DNA from: Eledone cirrhosa
Lineage: Eukaryota
Direction of reading: 5' to 3'
NCBI GenBank assembly: GCA_964016885.1
Contig: OZ024740.1
Location: 93,000,001 to 93,064,000, forward strand
DNA length: 64,000 nt
Shown: piece by piece, positions 42,508 through 55,729 of the stretch
Layout of the letters: each line of letters opens with the position of its first letter
Position numbering within the stretch: position 1 is the first letter of the stretch
Made by a program: the position numbers and the translations under genes
The notes under the pieces: generated by a model
Told to the model about the DNA's origin: nothing
The model's database searches: none
Seen by the model: the letters and a program-made list of their open reading frames with translations, nothing else

Positions 42508-42551
42508 ATATATGTGTATATATATATATATATTTCGTTTCTGAATTTGTT
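42000..42551. repeat. Near-perfect 550-bp palindrome centred on (AT)n
   Basis: 42000-42266 versus 42286-42551 with few mismatches. The arms hold a degenerate HHR-like TTGAAAA GCATTTagAAATGC GCAA CCGGTA (42294-42334). Confidence 0.95.
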
Positions 42552-42665
42552 CAAATCCCGCCGAGGCCAACGTTGCACTTCATCCTTACGGGGTTGATAA
42601 AACAAAGCTCCAGCAATATACTGGGCAATTGCTGGCCTTGCGCCAATAGTAGAATCAATTATACT
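42550..42665 (+). mobile_element. SINE fragment (same family as 32093), 5'-truncated at the B-box
   Basis: TTCAAATCCCGCCGAGG...TTCATCCTTACGGGGTTGATAAAA...GCTGGCCTTGCGCC. Confidence 0.8.
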
Positions 42666-42789
42666 ATCTATTTATGGCCATGTTCAGGACTAAGGCTCCA
42701 CCCAATGTTTGAAAGTCCAAATCTGACAACACCTCCAGAAAAGAAGAAGCATCAAAATAGTTGTTACTACTTATGGCACAATGCCATCA

Positions 42790-42937
42790 ACTATTCCAGT
42801 GCACCACTGGTACTTCACTTTTTCAACCCCGCACGGATGAAGGCAAAGCCAACCTCGACGGGATTTGAACTTAGAACATAAATGGGCGTACCTCCATGCT
42901 GGAAAGCATGGCGACCGAACCTCTACCGATACTGCCC
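42790..42937 (-). mobile_element. SINE (same family), minus strand
   Basis: Reverse complement gives GGCAGTATCGGTAGAG...GTTCAAATCCCGTCGAGGTTGGCTTTGCCTTCATCC...GGGGTTGA...GTACCAGTG. Confidence 0.8.
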
Positions 42938-43125
42938 CAAATAGTGACCTTTCTTCAGGTGCTAATAGTAGGAACGATCGACTTTCGTCGTCAAATCGGG
43001 CCGAGGAAACAATGTTTCCATTGGTCTTTTCAATTGCTAATACTATCTATTGGTCGCAACTCCAGGTGCTAATAGGAGTTTATAAACTTGTATTAGGGCC
43101 TCTTATTTTCACACATAGATACACA

Positions 43126-43316
<191 letters not shown>

Positions 43317-44270
43317 AGTAAATTGATGAGTTGTATGTGCGAATATTATAGACGGTATTGAAATATTAGAGATCTAAATATAGAAACTGGGTATATTATT
43401 TAATAATTGGGTTTAAATACTAAAAATTGGATTAAGAAGTGTAAAAATGTATTAATAAAATAAAATAAAATAAAATAATATAAATATGAAAAAAGATTTT
43501 CATAAAATAAAATAAAATAAAAATAGTCTATCTATGTCAAAATTAATATTTTCTAGTAACATTTTTATATTTTATATGAACAAGTAAATAAAGGAAATTG
43601 TCAGAATGATTTATAAACGTAGAAAAACATATGGCGTCATAATTTGTTTACACAATCTACGAAGGTTTGAGCGAAAATCTAAGGCTTAAGAAAAACAGAT
43701 CAAAGGCTTAATATATGATGAGAAAACCAAATTAATACATTGTAGAATATAATGAAATATGTGTAAAGTTAATCGCGACCCGTGGAATATGTTATAGGAC
43801 ATCAGCTATATACTTTGTGAAAGGTGTTGAAGAATTTATGATTACAAAGTCCAAACGAATCGGTTCTTCGATTTATTATTGTGTTTAAATTTGAGATAAT
43901 GGTAAATTTTTCAACTAGACATAAATTACAAACACTAGATATGTATTGGAGCATGGAGATGCGTTGTAGATTTTACGCCAACAAATTTCGTAATTTATGT
44001 TTTTGTCTTTTAAGAACCAAATAAGTTCTGAGTGTGGATATCGTATGACAAGGGTATATTTTCAATTTATCAATATTTCAATATTCATTAGTAGGAAATC
44101 ACGTCTCCCCACATTTGTGCTAACTCTACCATGGAATGTTTAATTTTTTCTGACGATCCTGTGTGTGCGCATGTGACATTGTAAAGTAATAAGACTCCAC
44201 TATGTAGCAATAATATATGAATATTTATACAATAATTCGGTATTGCGTTTTATTTTCTCTCCATCGTCAA

Positions 44271-44320
<50 letters not shown>

Positions 44321-45263
44321 TTTATATTCAAAGACTGTACAAGCCAGATATTTGAAATACTCATATATGTTCATACCTCGCATCATGCTAATATTACGCA
44401 ACACGATTCTAAGCATGTAATAACATGAAATTTAATAAACCTTTAGTTTATTTCACGTATATAATTTCTTTAAGATTGTTTATTTCCTGTATATATTTCA
44501 AGCTTTTTACTAATGTCTCATCTGATATGCTAAAGGCAATTGCACTCGAAATCCACTTCAGCTGTGTGCGAATCTGATACCAATCGCACACTCTTAATTT
44601 TTTCATGGGAAATTGTATTTCATATAGAAATGTTGATCTTTGTAAATCTTTTGAGAATTGTGGGAGGAGTGGAGCGTATGACTAAATTAATTCCAGTTGC
44701 TTGAAATGAATTTTTTTTAGAGTAAAATCTATTTTAATAATGCTGTCACTCCTCTTCTTAAATAAATGTGTACTTTTGTAAGTCATTTTATACAATCTAA
44801 CATATAAATAAAAAGTAATTACGCTAAGAACTCATGGTATCAGAATGAAAATCATGGAAAGAAAATAAATTTGAGTGGTTTTTCCTGCAGGCGTCTCAAA
44901 TTTTCTCCGTCTAACAAACTCCCAAATCAATAAATTTTCATTTCAATGTATTATATTGCTCGACCAGAGAGAAAATTGCCGCTGGGAAAATTGCACTTCG
45001 AACTATAAAATAAGTGAGCTATATAATAATTTCTTCAATCATCTCTGGGTAATTGTGATGTTATATCAATACTAATGAATGGCGATTACTTTTCAAGCGA
45101 AATATTCCGGTACATAAAGAACTGAAAGAAAGCACAAGAAAAAATATTTTCATAATAATCGAATTTAGTTATTTTCTAAGATCAAAACAGTACCAGATTT
45201 AATACATATAGATGTGAGAATGAGTATATGTTGTTTTACAGAAACACGCTAACTGATGCACAA

Positions 45264-45304
<41 letters not shown>

Positions 45305-45319
45305 CAGACACACACACCT

Positions 45320-45408
<89 letters not shown>

Positions 45409-45423
45409 CAGACACACACACCT

Positions 45424-45456
<33 letters not shown>
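45264..45456. repeat. (TA)n microsatellite with duplicated CATACAGACACACACACCTATACA insert
   Basis: The insert occurs at ~45301 and ~45405. Confidence 0.92.
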
Positions 45457-45457
<1 letters not shown>

Positions 45458-45679
45458 CGAGAGAGAATGTGATGTTTGGCAGTTTTCTCAAACTCAGTCG
45501 ATAGTTTTCAATTTGTTTAGCCTTTCACATTTAATTTCTGTCCCATAAACATGTCTTTCCTTTACTTAATTACGTTGACAATTATATACATATCATGTAT
45601 ATGGTAATTACTATCTCTCCTATTTTCTATATTCTGTAGTGCATAAATAGCAACAACTATTCGAGGTATTCTGATTCAA

Positions 45680-45935
45680 ATCTTGCCACATTAAATTTTC
45701 CAGGACATCTACCTTTATTTAAAATCGTCGAAGAATGTTCATGAACTAATCAGCATGTTTTCAAGATAATTTTCTCTTTTAACATCTCTCCGAAATCAGG
45801 GATTTCAGTGATTTCAACTCACAATATTCTTCGTAGTTCTGGAAATCATCTGGCCCCCATGAAGCCGAGTAGAGGAATCGACTGTTCCCTTTCTTGAACT
45901 CATTTAAAATACATGTTTCATCAGCCCTCCATTGT
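45680..45935 (-). mobile_element. Possible highly decayed mariner-like transposase N-terminus
   Basis: Minus strand reads CILNEFKKGNS, resembling the mariner HTH start (..LYEFKKG.S). Little else is recoverable. Confidence 0.3.
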
Positions 45936-46666
45936 TGATTAAAACACATCCTTCAAAAACTCATGGATTATGTTCGCCACTCACCCTGACACTAATCACA
46001 TCATTACTAGATCTTAGATCATAATTTGAATCACAAAAGTCAATATTAATATTTCTATTTTGATTAATGGTTTCGCACAAGACCAACTATTTCTAAAGGG
46101 GAAGCAAACATCACTATTATATAACCTACTACGTGATGAATTATTTTTATTGAGCGGATTCAATGACAATATTCAATTCGAAAAGAAGTAGATTCAGGAA
46201 GTAGATAAAGGAAAGAGGACTTAGCATTTGTGTAACCATTTAAGAAATCATTTAATCAAAAGCACTTACAGCTATGCGATTATATTCACTGTAAATACTG
46301 AAAATCGTGGATATGATAAATATTTATTCGATTTGATATTACACCAGTATATATATATATATAGTGACGAAACATAAGTCAATTGCATGCACTCCTAATC
46401 CTTTATTTACTGCTATATATATTTCGATGATAGCCATTGAATGGCTATGACCTCATCTGGCAGTTAGTCAGTTCTTAGATATGCCAGCCCTGTGTTTATA
46501 GTGCCAGCTCTGTGTTTATAGTGTATCAGAGCCTTGGGGCATATGAGCTTGTTAGTAATAATTTAATGTTGTCAGCAGGAATAGTCTTGATTCTCATTGG
46601 TCAGCTTGTAGATGGGAGTAGGGTTGTAGAGGTAGTAGGGTTGACGTAAAAAAAAAAAAAAAAAAA

Positions 46667-46710
<44 letters not shown>

Positions 46711-47519
46711 TTTCCAAATTTAAGTTAGATACATTCTTCGTATTTTGACTAACGGAAACAATGTAATAAATCCAGTTAGGAATATATGTATACGAAGAAT
46801 TGAAGCCCGTGACGGCTGAGACACGGTCGTTTCTACAGCTACATGCAAACGGGTCGAGAAATGTTCATATTACCAACTATAATATCGATTACTCTGATGA
46901 GCAATGTCTAATAGCTTTTTACCGCCTATATTCTGATACACACACACACACACACGTATATATATATATGGATCTTGTTGAGATCGATTACGACGATATT
47001 CTTACATGAATTTTAATTTGTTGAAAATGGTATAATAGTAAAAAAAACAATCATGTATTTATTATGTCAACTTTTGTTTTTATATAAAATGGTCAGTTTT
47101 CCCAGGTAAACTGACCAGTGACAGCAAAGTCTTCTAGAAATATTCTCTCTTATTTCGGAATGAAACCTTATCAATATTATTAAGTTTGGATATGCTTCAT
47201 ATTTGGCACTTGAAACATGTATTTCTTATTGTTTAAACACCGGAAAAACTTAAAGACAATTAGTGAATGTGATGCGTTGACATTTCGAACAGCAATTGAT
47301 ATGATGGTAAGAAACATAGGGAGATGTTGCCAGATCTATCCAAATGAACGTAGAACGTAAAGGATAAATAAACGTAGCAACGTTTCAAAACTCTTCTACT
47401 TCTGTTATAATATCTGATATCATGCTGATGATTACAGCACCAGGACTAATACCGACAAATAGAAAATCACATATTTCATTATGGGCCAAAAGTAAAACAA
47501 TTATTGATATTAGTATTGT

Positions 47520-50056
47520 TCTTTGAGTCTCAGTCATTGATGTTAGTTAACTGGAAAGTTGTTGAAATGAATATCAAGCCACTACCTGGAGCCTCAGATA
47601 TTCAGGACGTATCGGAGGGTTCTTGCTGTTCCCAGGAAGCATGCCTTTTGAAGCGTTCCAAAAAGCGGGACGTGGCCAATTTTCTTTAACCATCCCTGGA
47701 AACTTTTTGAGATAGTACCTAATGCGCCTATGACAATCGGGACCACTTTGACTTCATGGCAGTTCCGAATCCTTTTTCCCTCCCACTTTACGTCCTGGTA
47801 TCGGTTAATTTTCTCCCTCTCCTTCTCTTGCACTCTCGTGTCGAATGGGCAGGCGACATCCACAATCAGGCATGATCTGTTTTCCTTGTCCAAAACTACC
47901 AGGTCAGGTCTATTGTGTTCCAGTTTCTTGTCCGTCAGTATCCTAAAATCCCACAGCACTTTCATCTGATCGTTTTCTATCACCGACTCTAGCTGATGCT
48001 CATACCACTTCTCAGAATGTGGTAAATTGTGTTCCTTGCGCTAGGTGCCAGTGGATCACCATGCCCATCATAAAAATGTCTCCAGCCTTTATAGTGAGTC
48101 TGGGCTAGGTGTTTACACTCGGATAAAATGTGAGCCACAGTCTCCTCTCTCTCTCCACAGATCCTGCACAGTGGACTAGCCTCCTACTTTTAAATATTGT
48201 GTTTCAACCACTTCGTTTTGAGGACCTGCTCTTGCGAAGCGATTATCATTCCTTCTGTAGCATTTTTAAGGTCTCCTCTTTTCAACCAGCTCCATGTCTG
48301 TGGATCTCTGAATTCAGTTTTCTCAAAGTAGGTACTATGAAGGGATTTTTCATGAAGGCTGCTCTTTCTCCTTGTTGTTATTTCCTCCTTGGACATCCCC
48401 TGGTCTATTGTCCTCTCTTTCAGTACAATTCTGAGCATTGGCTCCTTACTATCAGTCACGTATTTGTGTAGGTTGTTTTTCTCCATCTGAATACAGTCCT
48501 CTATGCTGATAAGACCCCGTCCACCTTCAGATCTCCTTAAGTAGAGTCTATCGACATCACTCCTCTTGTGGAACATGTTGTAGATAGTCAATATCTTCCT
48601 AGTCTTCCTATCCATTTTTTTTTGTTCAGCACCATTCCATCTCAGAATTCCCGCACTGTACCTAATAATAGACACAGCTCGGGAATTTACTGAACTTATG
48701 GCATTCCTACTGTTCAGGTGTGACTTTAATACGCTCCTTACACTCCGAATTTATTCAGATATTATCAATTCCTTCATTTCTTTGTTCTTGATATCATCAG
48801 CCTCCAGAAGACCCAAATACTTGTCTCCTACTTCAGTGTCAATTTCCTTTATCATCTCAATGTTTGTACCTGGATTTCGTTGCTTCTGCTCAATTTACCA
48901 CTCTTCATCACAATGAAGCCACACTTACTAATACCAAATTGCATACATATACCATTGCTGGAAATACAGACAGTGTCAGCAAGCACATCCAACTCCTTCT
49001 CACAAGGGCTTAAGATCGTCGATGAAGAGGAGGTGATTGATGGTAAGCTTTCCCTTTCCCAACTTGTATCCTGCTCTCACTTTTCGCAGTACAATGGTCA
49101 GGGGAATCAGGGCAAAGTCAAACAACAGAGGGGACAGACTATCTCCCTGGAAGATACCTCTTTTGATCTTCACGCCTCCCAAGGATTCTCCAGCTGATGT
49201 TAACTCTGTTTTCCAGGACTTCATACTTTTGCCCAAAAACTGTCTCATGTTATCTGCCACCTTGAAGATCTCTAGGCCTTTGGTGATCCAAGAATGAGGC
49301 ATCATGTCAAATGCCTTTTTGGATTGTATCCATCGCATGGCATGATCAGTGTCTCCTCTTGCAATTCCTCATTACCATCTTATCAATAAGTAACTGGTCC
49401 TTTGTACCACGGAACTTCTTTCGGCATCCTTTCTGTTCGTCCGGTAACAAGTTATTTGTGTGGAGGTGAAGATAGATTTCCTCAAATACAATGCTTGTCA
49501 ACAGTTTCCACATTACAGACAGACATGTGATAGGTCTATAGTTGGTAACATCATTACCCTTGATTCGGTCTTTCATTACCAGAACTGTGGTACCTTTTGT
49601 CAACCACTCTGGTACCTCACCAGACATCAAGCAGTCATTGAACATGGTTGTCAGTTTTGGGTGGAGGGATGTTATATTTTTAATCCAATACCCCTGCACA
49701 CCATCTGGGCCTGGTGATTTCCAGTTGGTTAGTTTTTCGGCCTGCCCTTTAAGAGTTTCAACTGTTTCTCAAATCAGTTTGTTTGTGTGCCTGTTCACTA
49801 ATCTCCTTTTGTACTGACTCAATCCACACTGTCTGGTCATTATGTTTAACATCCTGCTCCCATATTCCTCTCCAGAATGTCTTAGTTTGTTCCGCCTCAG
49901 GGATCAAGTCGTTGCCTCTTTCTTTCCCTTCAAGCTGTCCAAACAACATCTTCTGGTTGTTGTCAAACATGCGGTTCTGTCTATACTGACTGACTCTGCT
50001 CTCGTATAGCCTAATTTGTCCACTCTTTGCTACAATGCATTGCTTCAGTTCCTCTG
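47520..50056 (-). mobile_element. Dong/R4-clade LINE (RT + restriction-like endonuclease), 5'-truncated, decayed
   Basis: WKSPGPDGVQGYWIK, NYRPITCLS, EQKGCRKKFRGTKDQLLID, KKAFDM, GIFQGDSLSPLLF, NHLLFIDDLK, RSDVDRLYLRRSEGGRGL, and RLE WDFRILTD..NRPDL..IVDVACP..EKINRY..VVPIVIGALG; the 3' flank is TAA-like. Confidence 0.92.
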
Positions 50057-50406
50057 TGAAGTAGAAATAGAAGTTGAGGTAAATTGACTAGAGTTTTTGG
50101 CGTGGTAGTGGTGATGGTGGCGGTGGTGGTGTTGGTGGTGAAATTATTTGCCTGTCTGTCCACTTAGCCATTTTGCCATTTTTCTCTTTTTTGTCTATAA
50201 CATTTCTGATCCAAAATTAAATATTAAATATTGGGGCCCTATGCCGTAATGTGATGCGGTGTGGCTTGTTGAGCGTAAACCTGTAATCCAATACTTCATT
50301 TGTAAATAGAATTATTCTATTATAGTTGTTTTAAATAAGTAAAAATCAAAAACTGATGGGAGCGATTTCATAACGATATATCCACCATGTTCGTGTTCTT
50401 CCCTTA

Positions 50407-50407
<1 letters not shown>

Positions 50408-50437
<30 letters not shown>

Positions 50438-50458
50438 ATTATTATTATTATTATTATT
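50408..50458. repeat. (TTA)n microsatellite
   Basis: Direct reading. Confidence 0.95.
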
Positions 50459-51202
50459 GGCGACCTACTTAGGAAATCGTATTATCGTTAGCTCCGCAAA
50501 GGTTCGTTGCTTTCAATTATTTCAATTTGCCATTTATGGAAAATCTTTGTTGTTAAGTGTTTATAAGTTCACATATATTGCTTTCGGAAAAGGGTACTCC
50601 AAAAGATTGGGACTTGAGCCCAAAATTTAAACTTTTATAATTATCAAACAAAAAACGTCTTTGAAAAAAACATATACGATTCACAGCCGCACCAAGCTGA
50701 CAGCCTTTCTCACAAACTAACACCTCACAACAACACCACCATTGTAAATATTACTATATTTACCAACACTAAAAATATAAGCAGTAGCAATAATTCAAAT
50801 TTGTCTCATGTAGACATTCATTTCCCACCATTATCAAAAAACTGCAGGTGTTAAAGCTACCACCGCCACCACCACCACAGCGACAACAGAAACAAAAGAA
50901 AAAAATTAATTATTATCTCGTGACATCGAAATGGATTCACCCAGAATCGATTCTTGCACCCAAACACCACTGACGCCACCACCACCACAAATTAAACTAA
51001 AAATAACAATAACAACAATAACAATAACAACAATAGCAACAACAAAAATGAGAATAACAACAAAAACATCAACACCACCGCAAATGTGTCGTTTGCCAAA
51101 GCAACCAAGGAATGCGAAACAATCGAGGTAACTCAGGAGGAATTAAATGAAGACAAGAGAACGGTAAATAAAGATGGGTGCAGGGTCAGCCTCACCACCC
51201 AC

Positions 51203-54200
51203 CTAATAAAATGGAGCATCGGCCAGGGATTTATGGAAGTTGTCCATAGGCCCCAGCCCGAAAGTTCTTCCGAAGTGATTGGCTAGTTGATTTTCGTCGA
51301 CGCTTAGAGTTTCTCCAAGTACTTCGTTGCTCTTCCCATACTCAAATCCTCTATAGAACGCCAAGGTGCAGTTTCCACCGATCACATTGCCCGATTGATC
51401 GAGGGCTTTGAGCGCCTGAAGACATTCCAGTCTCCAAGCGCTCCCTTCGCTTGACCCAGGACTGCAGCTCCGTCAAGGAGACGAGCTGGGGAAAGACGCG
51501 TCTAGAAAACGGCGACCACACCTGATCACCGTCGAGGAAGAGGTGGAGATGTCGTAGCCTAAGAGCGTGTCTGCGCATCATCAGCCACGGCATGCCCAGC
51601 CCTTCACGTAGCGGGTGTTGACAGCATATAGGACCGCCTGACCATCGGATCCCGTCCATTCCACAAAAAGCGAAAGAGCAAACGCTATGTCTGCGCCTCT
51701 CCCACCAGACCACCAACGACAAACGCCAACCTCTTTGCTAGCACGTTGGCCAAAATCTTGAACTATGTGTTTAGCAGAGTTATGGGCCTGAAATTAACTA
51801 CGTTATCCCCCTTGTTCGGATCCTTTCTCAGCAGCACCACCGCTGCTCGACTCACAGAGCTGGGAATTCTCCCGTTCTGTTGCCAGTTGCAGTAGACGTC
51901 CGCCAAGAGGTCTACGAAGAAGTATGGCATCTGTACGTAAAGTTCATAGTGCATACCATCCAAACAAGGCGATATACTCCTTGTGCTGCCAGTCATTGCC
52001 TCCCTTGCTTCAGCGGCTGTTATCGGCTTTTCGCAACACTCGGCCTCAGTGGTAGAGAGCCGCGTCAGTCCGTCGAGGTACACACTAAAGTCCATCCCTC
52101 GATCCGGCCTGCCGCTTCCCCCGAACAGCTGGGGGAATTGTCGCTGGAAAGCTTTACAGATTTGCCCGGGATCGAGTAGCATACGCCCGTCGTTGTCCAC
52201 TAAAGAACCCATCGTGGCTTTGTTTCCACGACGGGCCTCCGCCACTCGGGCCCATTGAACAGCTTTCGTCCCCTCGTGTCTGAGAGCACGCACCCTATCT
52301 CTGACAACGCAGCCTTCGTGCTTTGCATTGAAGAAATGGTCAAGGGCCAATTTCGCCGCAAGTACGTCGGTCGCAATGCCTTTGCTAAGCGGCTCGTCTA
52401 ATCTTCTAACTAGTTCTCCCTTTGCTCTATTTTTCTGTATTGCTAAAGCCTTACTAAACCTAATGAACTCTATTCTAATCGCTCTTTTCAGAGCAAACCA
52501 CCACTTGTTGTTGACGATGGCCCCCGTCGACGCCCACTTAACTAGTTCGCTAATCCTGTCTCTGTAGGCCTTGCGCGCGGGTGAAGACACGTTTAGCTTC
52601 CAGTTGCTGGGTCCTCGTCTATGAAGCCTATCTAAGTCAAGCACACAGATCACGAATTTGTGGTCCGTGTAGCTGACTATCTTTTATTGTGGACATCCTA
52701 TGCTAGACTTATCTATTTCCCTACAAAATACTCTATCTTGATATGATCTGGATGACGTTATGCGATTTGTCCAAGTCCACATAGGCACATTCGGGAAATC
52801 CAATCGGTACCTGTCAGACAGTTCAAAACCCCTGAGCAGGTTGGTGAGGCTCTTTCACCCTCCTCCCCTATCCGCTAATCCCATACAGTCCCAGCGCGCA
52901 TCTAAGATCGCGTTCCAGTCGCCCACTAACACTAAAGAGCGGGATGGCCCAAGAAAGGTCTCCAGACCCCGGAAGAAATCAGGCCGCCCTGGTCCTGTCG
53001 GGGCATATACGGCCACTAGCCTGAAAGCTTGCCCGTCTCCGCTGGTCGCGTCCAGCACCACCAACTTACCTTCTGGTTTCAGGAATATGGCCCGTAAGGC
53101 GAGATCCAAACCTCTCCAAAAAGGCACAGCAATTTCTTCCCCCGATCCAGGACGGCTGGGAGATCCGTACACGTTGTAGCCGCCGAAAATCGGTGCGAAG
53201 GCCCGTGCTTCGAAGATTCTGGTCTCGCTGATGGCCACTACATCTATGTTTAGTTACCTGAGTGGAAAAGATGGGAAATACCACTTATTACTTCTCGTAG
53301 ATGAAGCATGGTTTCTCCATCCCTTTCCACTTGATCGTCTAGTGAAGGGACCGTTGAATCGTCCCTTCGGCTGGTCGTCGGCTCTTCTGTGAGTATATCC
53401 GAATATACTCTCCGGTTGAGTGTCCCTCCTAGGTCTCTGAAATAACCAACCGAGTTGGGGAATCTCGTTTTAATGTTTGTTTATTGCTTCTGTGCTATTC
53501 TTACCAGTCTTATGTTCGTTGGTGTTTTGATTGCTGCTGGTATTATGTAATCGTGCTGTGAAATGTCTGTGTGTTCAATTATGTAAGTCATTAGTTTCTT
53601 GTGTGTATTTATTGCTGTGCATTTGTTTTTCAGGGGGTGAGTTGTGGTTCTGCTATTTTCTTGTCGTTGTTGCAGGGTGTGTGTGTTTTGTTGTTGTGTT
53701 TGCGATGTTGGTGCTTGTGGTGGTGGTGTTGAAGGTGTTGTTGTTGCTTGCGGTGGGGTTGCCGCCGGTCGTGATGGCGGTGCTAATGTGGGTGGTGATG
53801 GTGTTGGTGGTGTTGCTGTTGTAAGTCTCTTTGCAGTAGCCTTTACCCTTTTTTAATTTCTTTCCTCCGTTTTCGAAGGCGACGATGCGCTGCTTCTGCG
53901 TTTGTGCCATTTTGCGACCTTTTTCCACCCCTATCCCACCTTACACTCCATGTCTGATTCTGTGAGGTGGGGGGGGGGGGGCGAACCAGCTCTACTCTTT
54001 TCCTTGTTGTTGCTGGTGATGTTTGCAGTGGAGTCTCTGTTGCAGCTGCAGTTGGTATTACTGTTGTTGTTGTTAATACTTCCACTGCTGCTGCTGTTCT
54101 TGATTTCCGTAGAGCGGGCATGGGTGCCACGGACCTATCCTTCCTGGTTGCCGCGTGTCCTGTTGCTGGTAGCAGTGGAGCCGGTTTCGGAAGAAGGGGG

Positions 54201-55480
54201 GTTTTTCTCCTTTTCTCAGGGTATTCTCATTGCAGAAGGCCCTGAGGTGAGTCTTCCACAGCGAAATCATTTCGGGCGTTTGCCCTCAACACTTATATGC
54301 AGTTGAGTGCCGTTATCGTTGTCTATCACATCCGGCATAGATTCAATGCAGCTCTGGTTGGTTTGGATTAACATCTCAATGGAGGTGCCGACTCAATCTT
54401 CTGGTACTTTTTTTCTGTACTTGCAGTACAGTTATTTTGTCCTCGATTCCGACGAGGACAGACGCGGCCAGCCAAGAAGGGGCCATCTCGGGGGGAACGT
54501 GGGTCAGTTTGACCCTCACAATTTTTTGTCCACAGTAGGATGGTACCGACACCATTTCCTTGCTCCTTAGGGTCACTACAAATTGAGCCTTTGCCTCCTG
54601 GGGTGTGGCAAAAAGCACGTCCACGGTGGCCTATTTCTTGCCTCGGGTTTTATGCGTTTTCCGCTGCCACACAGACCCTAAGGCTTTTTGTATTTGAGCC
54701 TCTGTGGCTCTTTCAACCCTACGGGTTTTTGTGCTTACTGGACGGTACGTGACCGTACAGTGCTGTTTGGTTTAGAAAAAAATTTTCGGCTGCCTTGCAG
54801 ATTGCTCGGTGTCCATTTTCCGTGACCACCTCTTTTTGCTTCCTGTAATTCCTCATTTGTTATAAGGATTGTTTCCAGGTTACTTGCGATACCTGCAAAC
54901 GAGATTGTTTTTTCTTTCTTGTTGTTGTTGTTGTCGTCAGAGCTGCTGTTACTGTTGTTGTTGCTGCTAGAACTACGACTGCCGCCGCCGCTGTTGCTGT
55001 GGTTGTTATTGTTGTTGTTGCTGCTGTTGTTGTTGCTGTTGCTTCTGCTGCTCTTGTTTATGCTGCTCTGATGCTGTTGCGGCTCCTACTATTGTTTTCC
55101 TTGTCACTGTTGCTGCTGCTGCTGATTTTACGGCTGCTACTGCTATTATTCATGACGTCAGACGAATGAAATGGCTTTCCGTATTTACCGTACACATTTT
55201 TCGTCGTTGTCGTCGTCGTGGAGAAATGTTCCACGGTTTGCACATGCTCTTGGAAATTATCAGAAACTATATTTTTCTTTTCCTTTACTGGCGTCGCTTG
55301 CGAATGAGAAGGGAGGGAGAGATAAACATCTAGAGAAGAGGGGGTGGGGGGAGACAAACATCTCTCTGATGTAGTGACGATTGAGGAAGAAGAAGACGGA
55401 ATGAGTGGGAGTGACTTGTAAAAATCCTTTTTTGTCGCCATGTTTTTCTTTGGTTTAAAATGAATATTGGGCACAAAACC
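51203..55480 (-). mobile_element. Tx1/L1-clade LINE, decayed, RT core deleted
   Basis: ORF1 remnants: low-complexity S/N/T tracts, DVLFAT...RVKLTHVPPE, broken zinc knuckle VEGKRPK*FRCG..HLRAFC. APE motifs ISETR, LVAVYAP, LVLVGDWN, DHK. RT start SPCLDG..KDPNKGD..NFRPITLLN is joined directly to the post-RT FRFLWNG..GLGMP segment. The 5' boundary is approximate. Confidence 0.87.
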
Positions 55481-55729
55481 ACAATAAGCGGTTATTTAAC
55501 CACCAACGGCCAAATAACAGGCAGAAAGACCCCTCTCACGAGGAGGAGGGTGTTTTTATCTACAATTTGGTTAACATTTTAAACAATTTACAATTGTTAT
55601 ATCGGTTAAAAATGACTATACCTTACAGAGCCGAGCCTCCGTCAACCATGGCATTCAATAATAATAATAATTATTATAATAATAATAACTTGACAATAAT
55701 AATAAATACTTGGCAATAATAATAAATAC

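Noticed and set aside
46790-46925. CTGATGAG and GAGACACGGTC hammerhead-like bits
   Set aside because: The core halves are in the wrong order or incomplete, and no consistent helices were found.
50700-51200. Thr/Pro-rich short ORFs (50931-51286)
   Set aside because: Low-complexity (CAA/CCA)-rich sequence, possibly decayed LINE ORF1; no evidence of a host gene.
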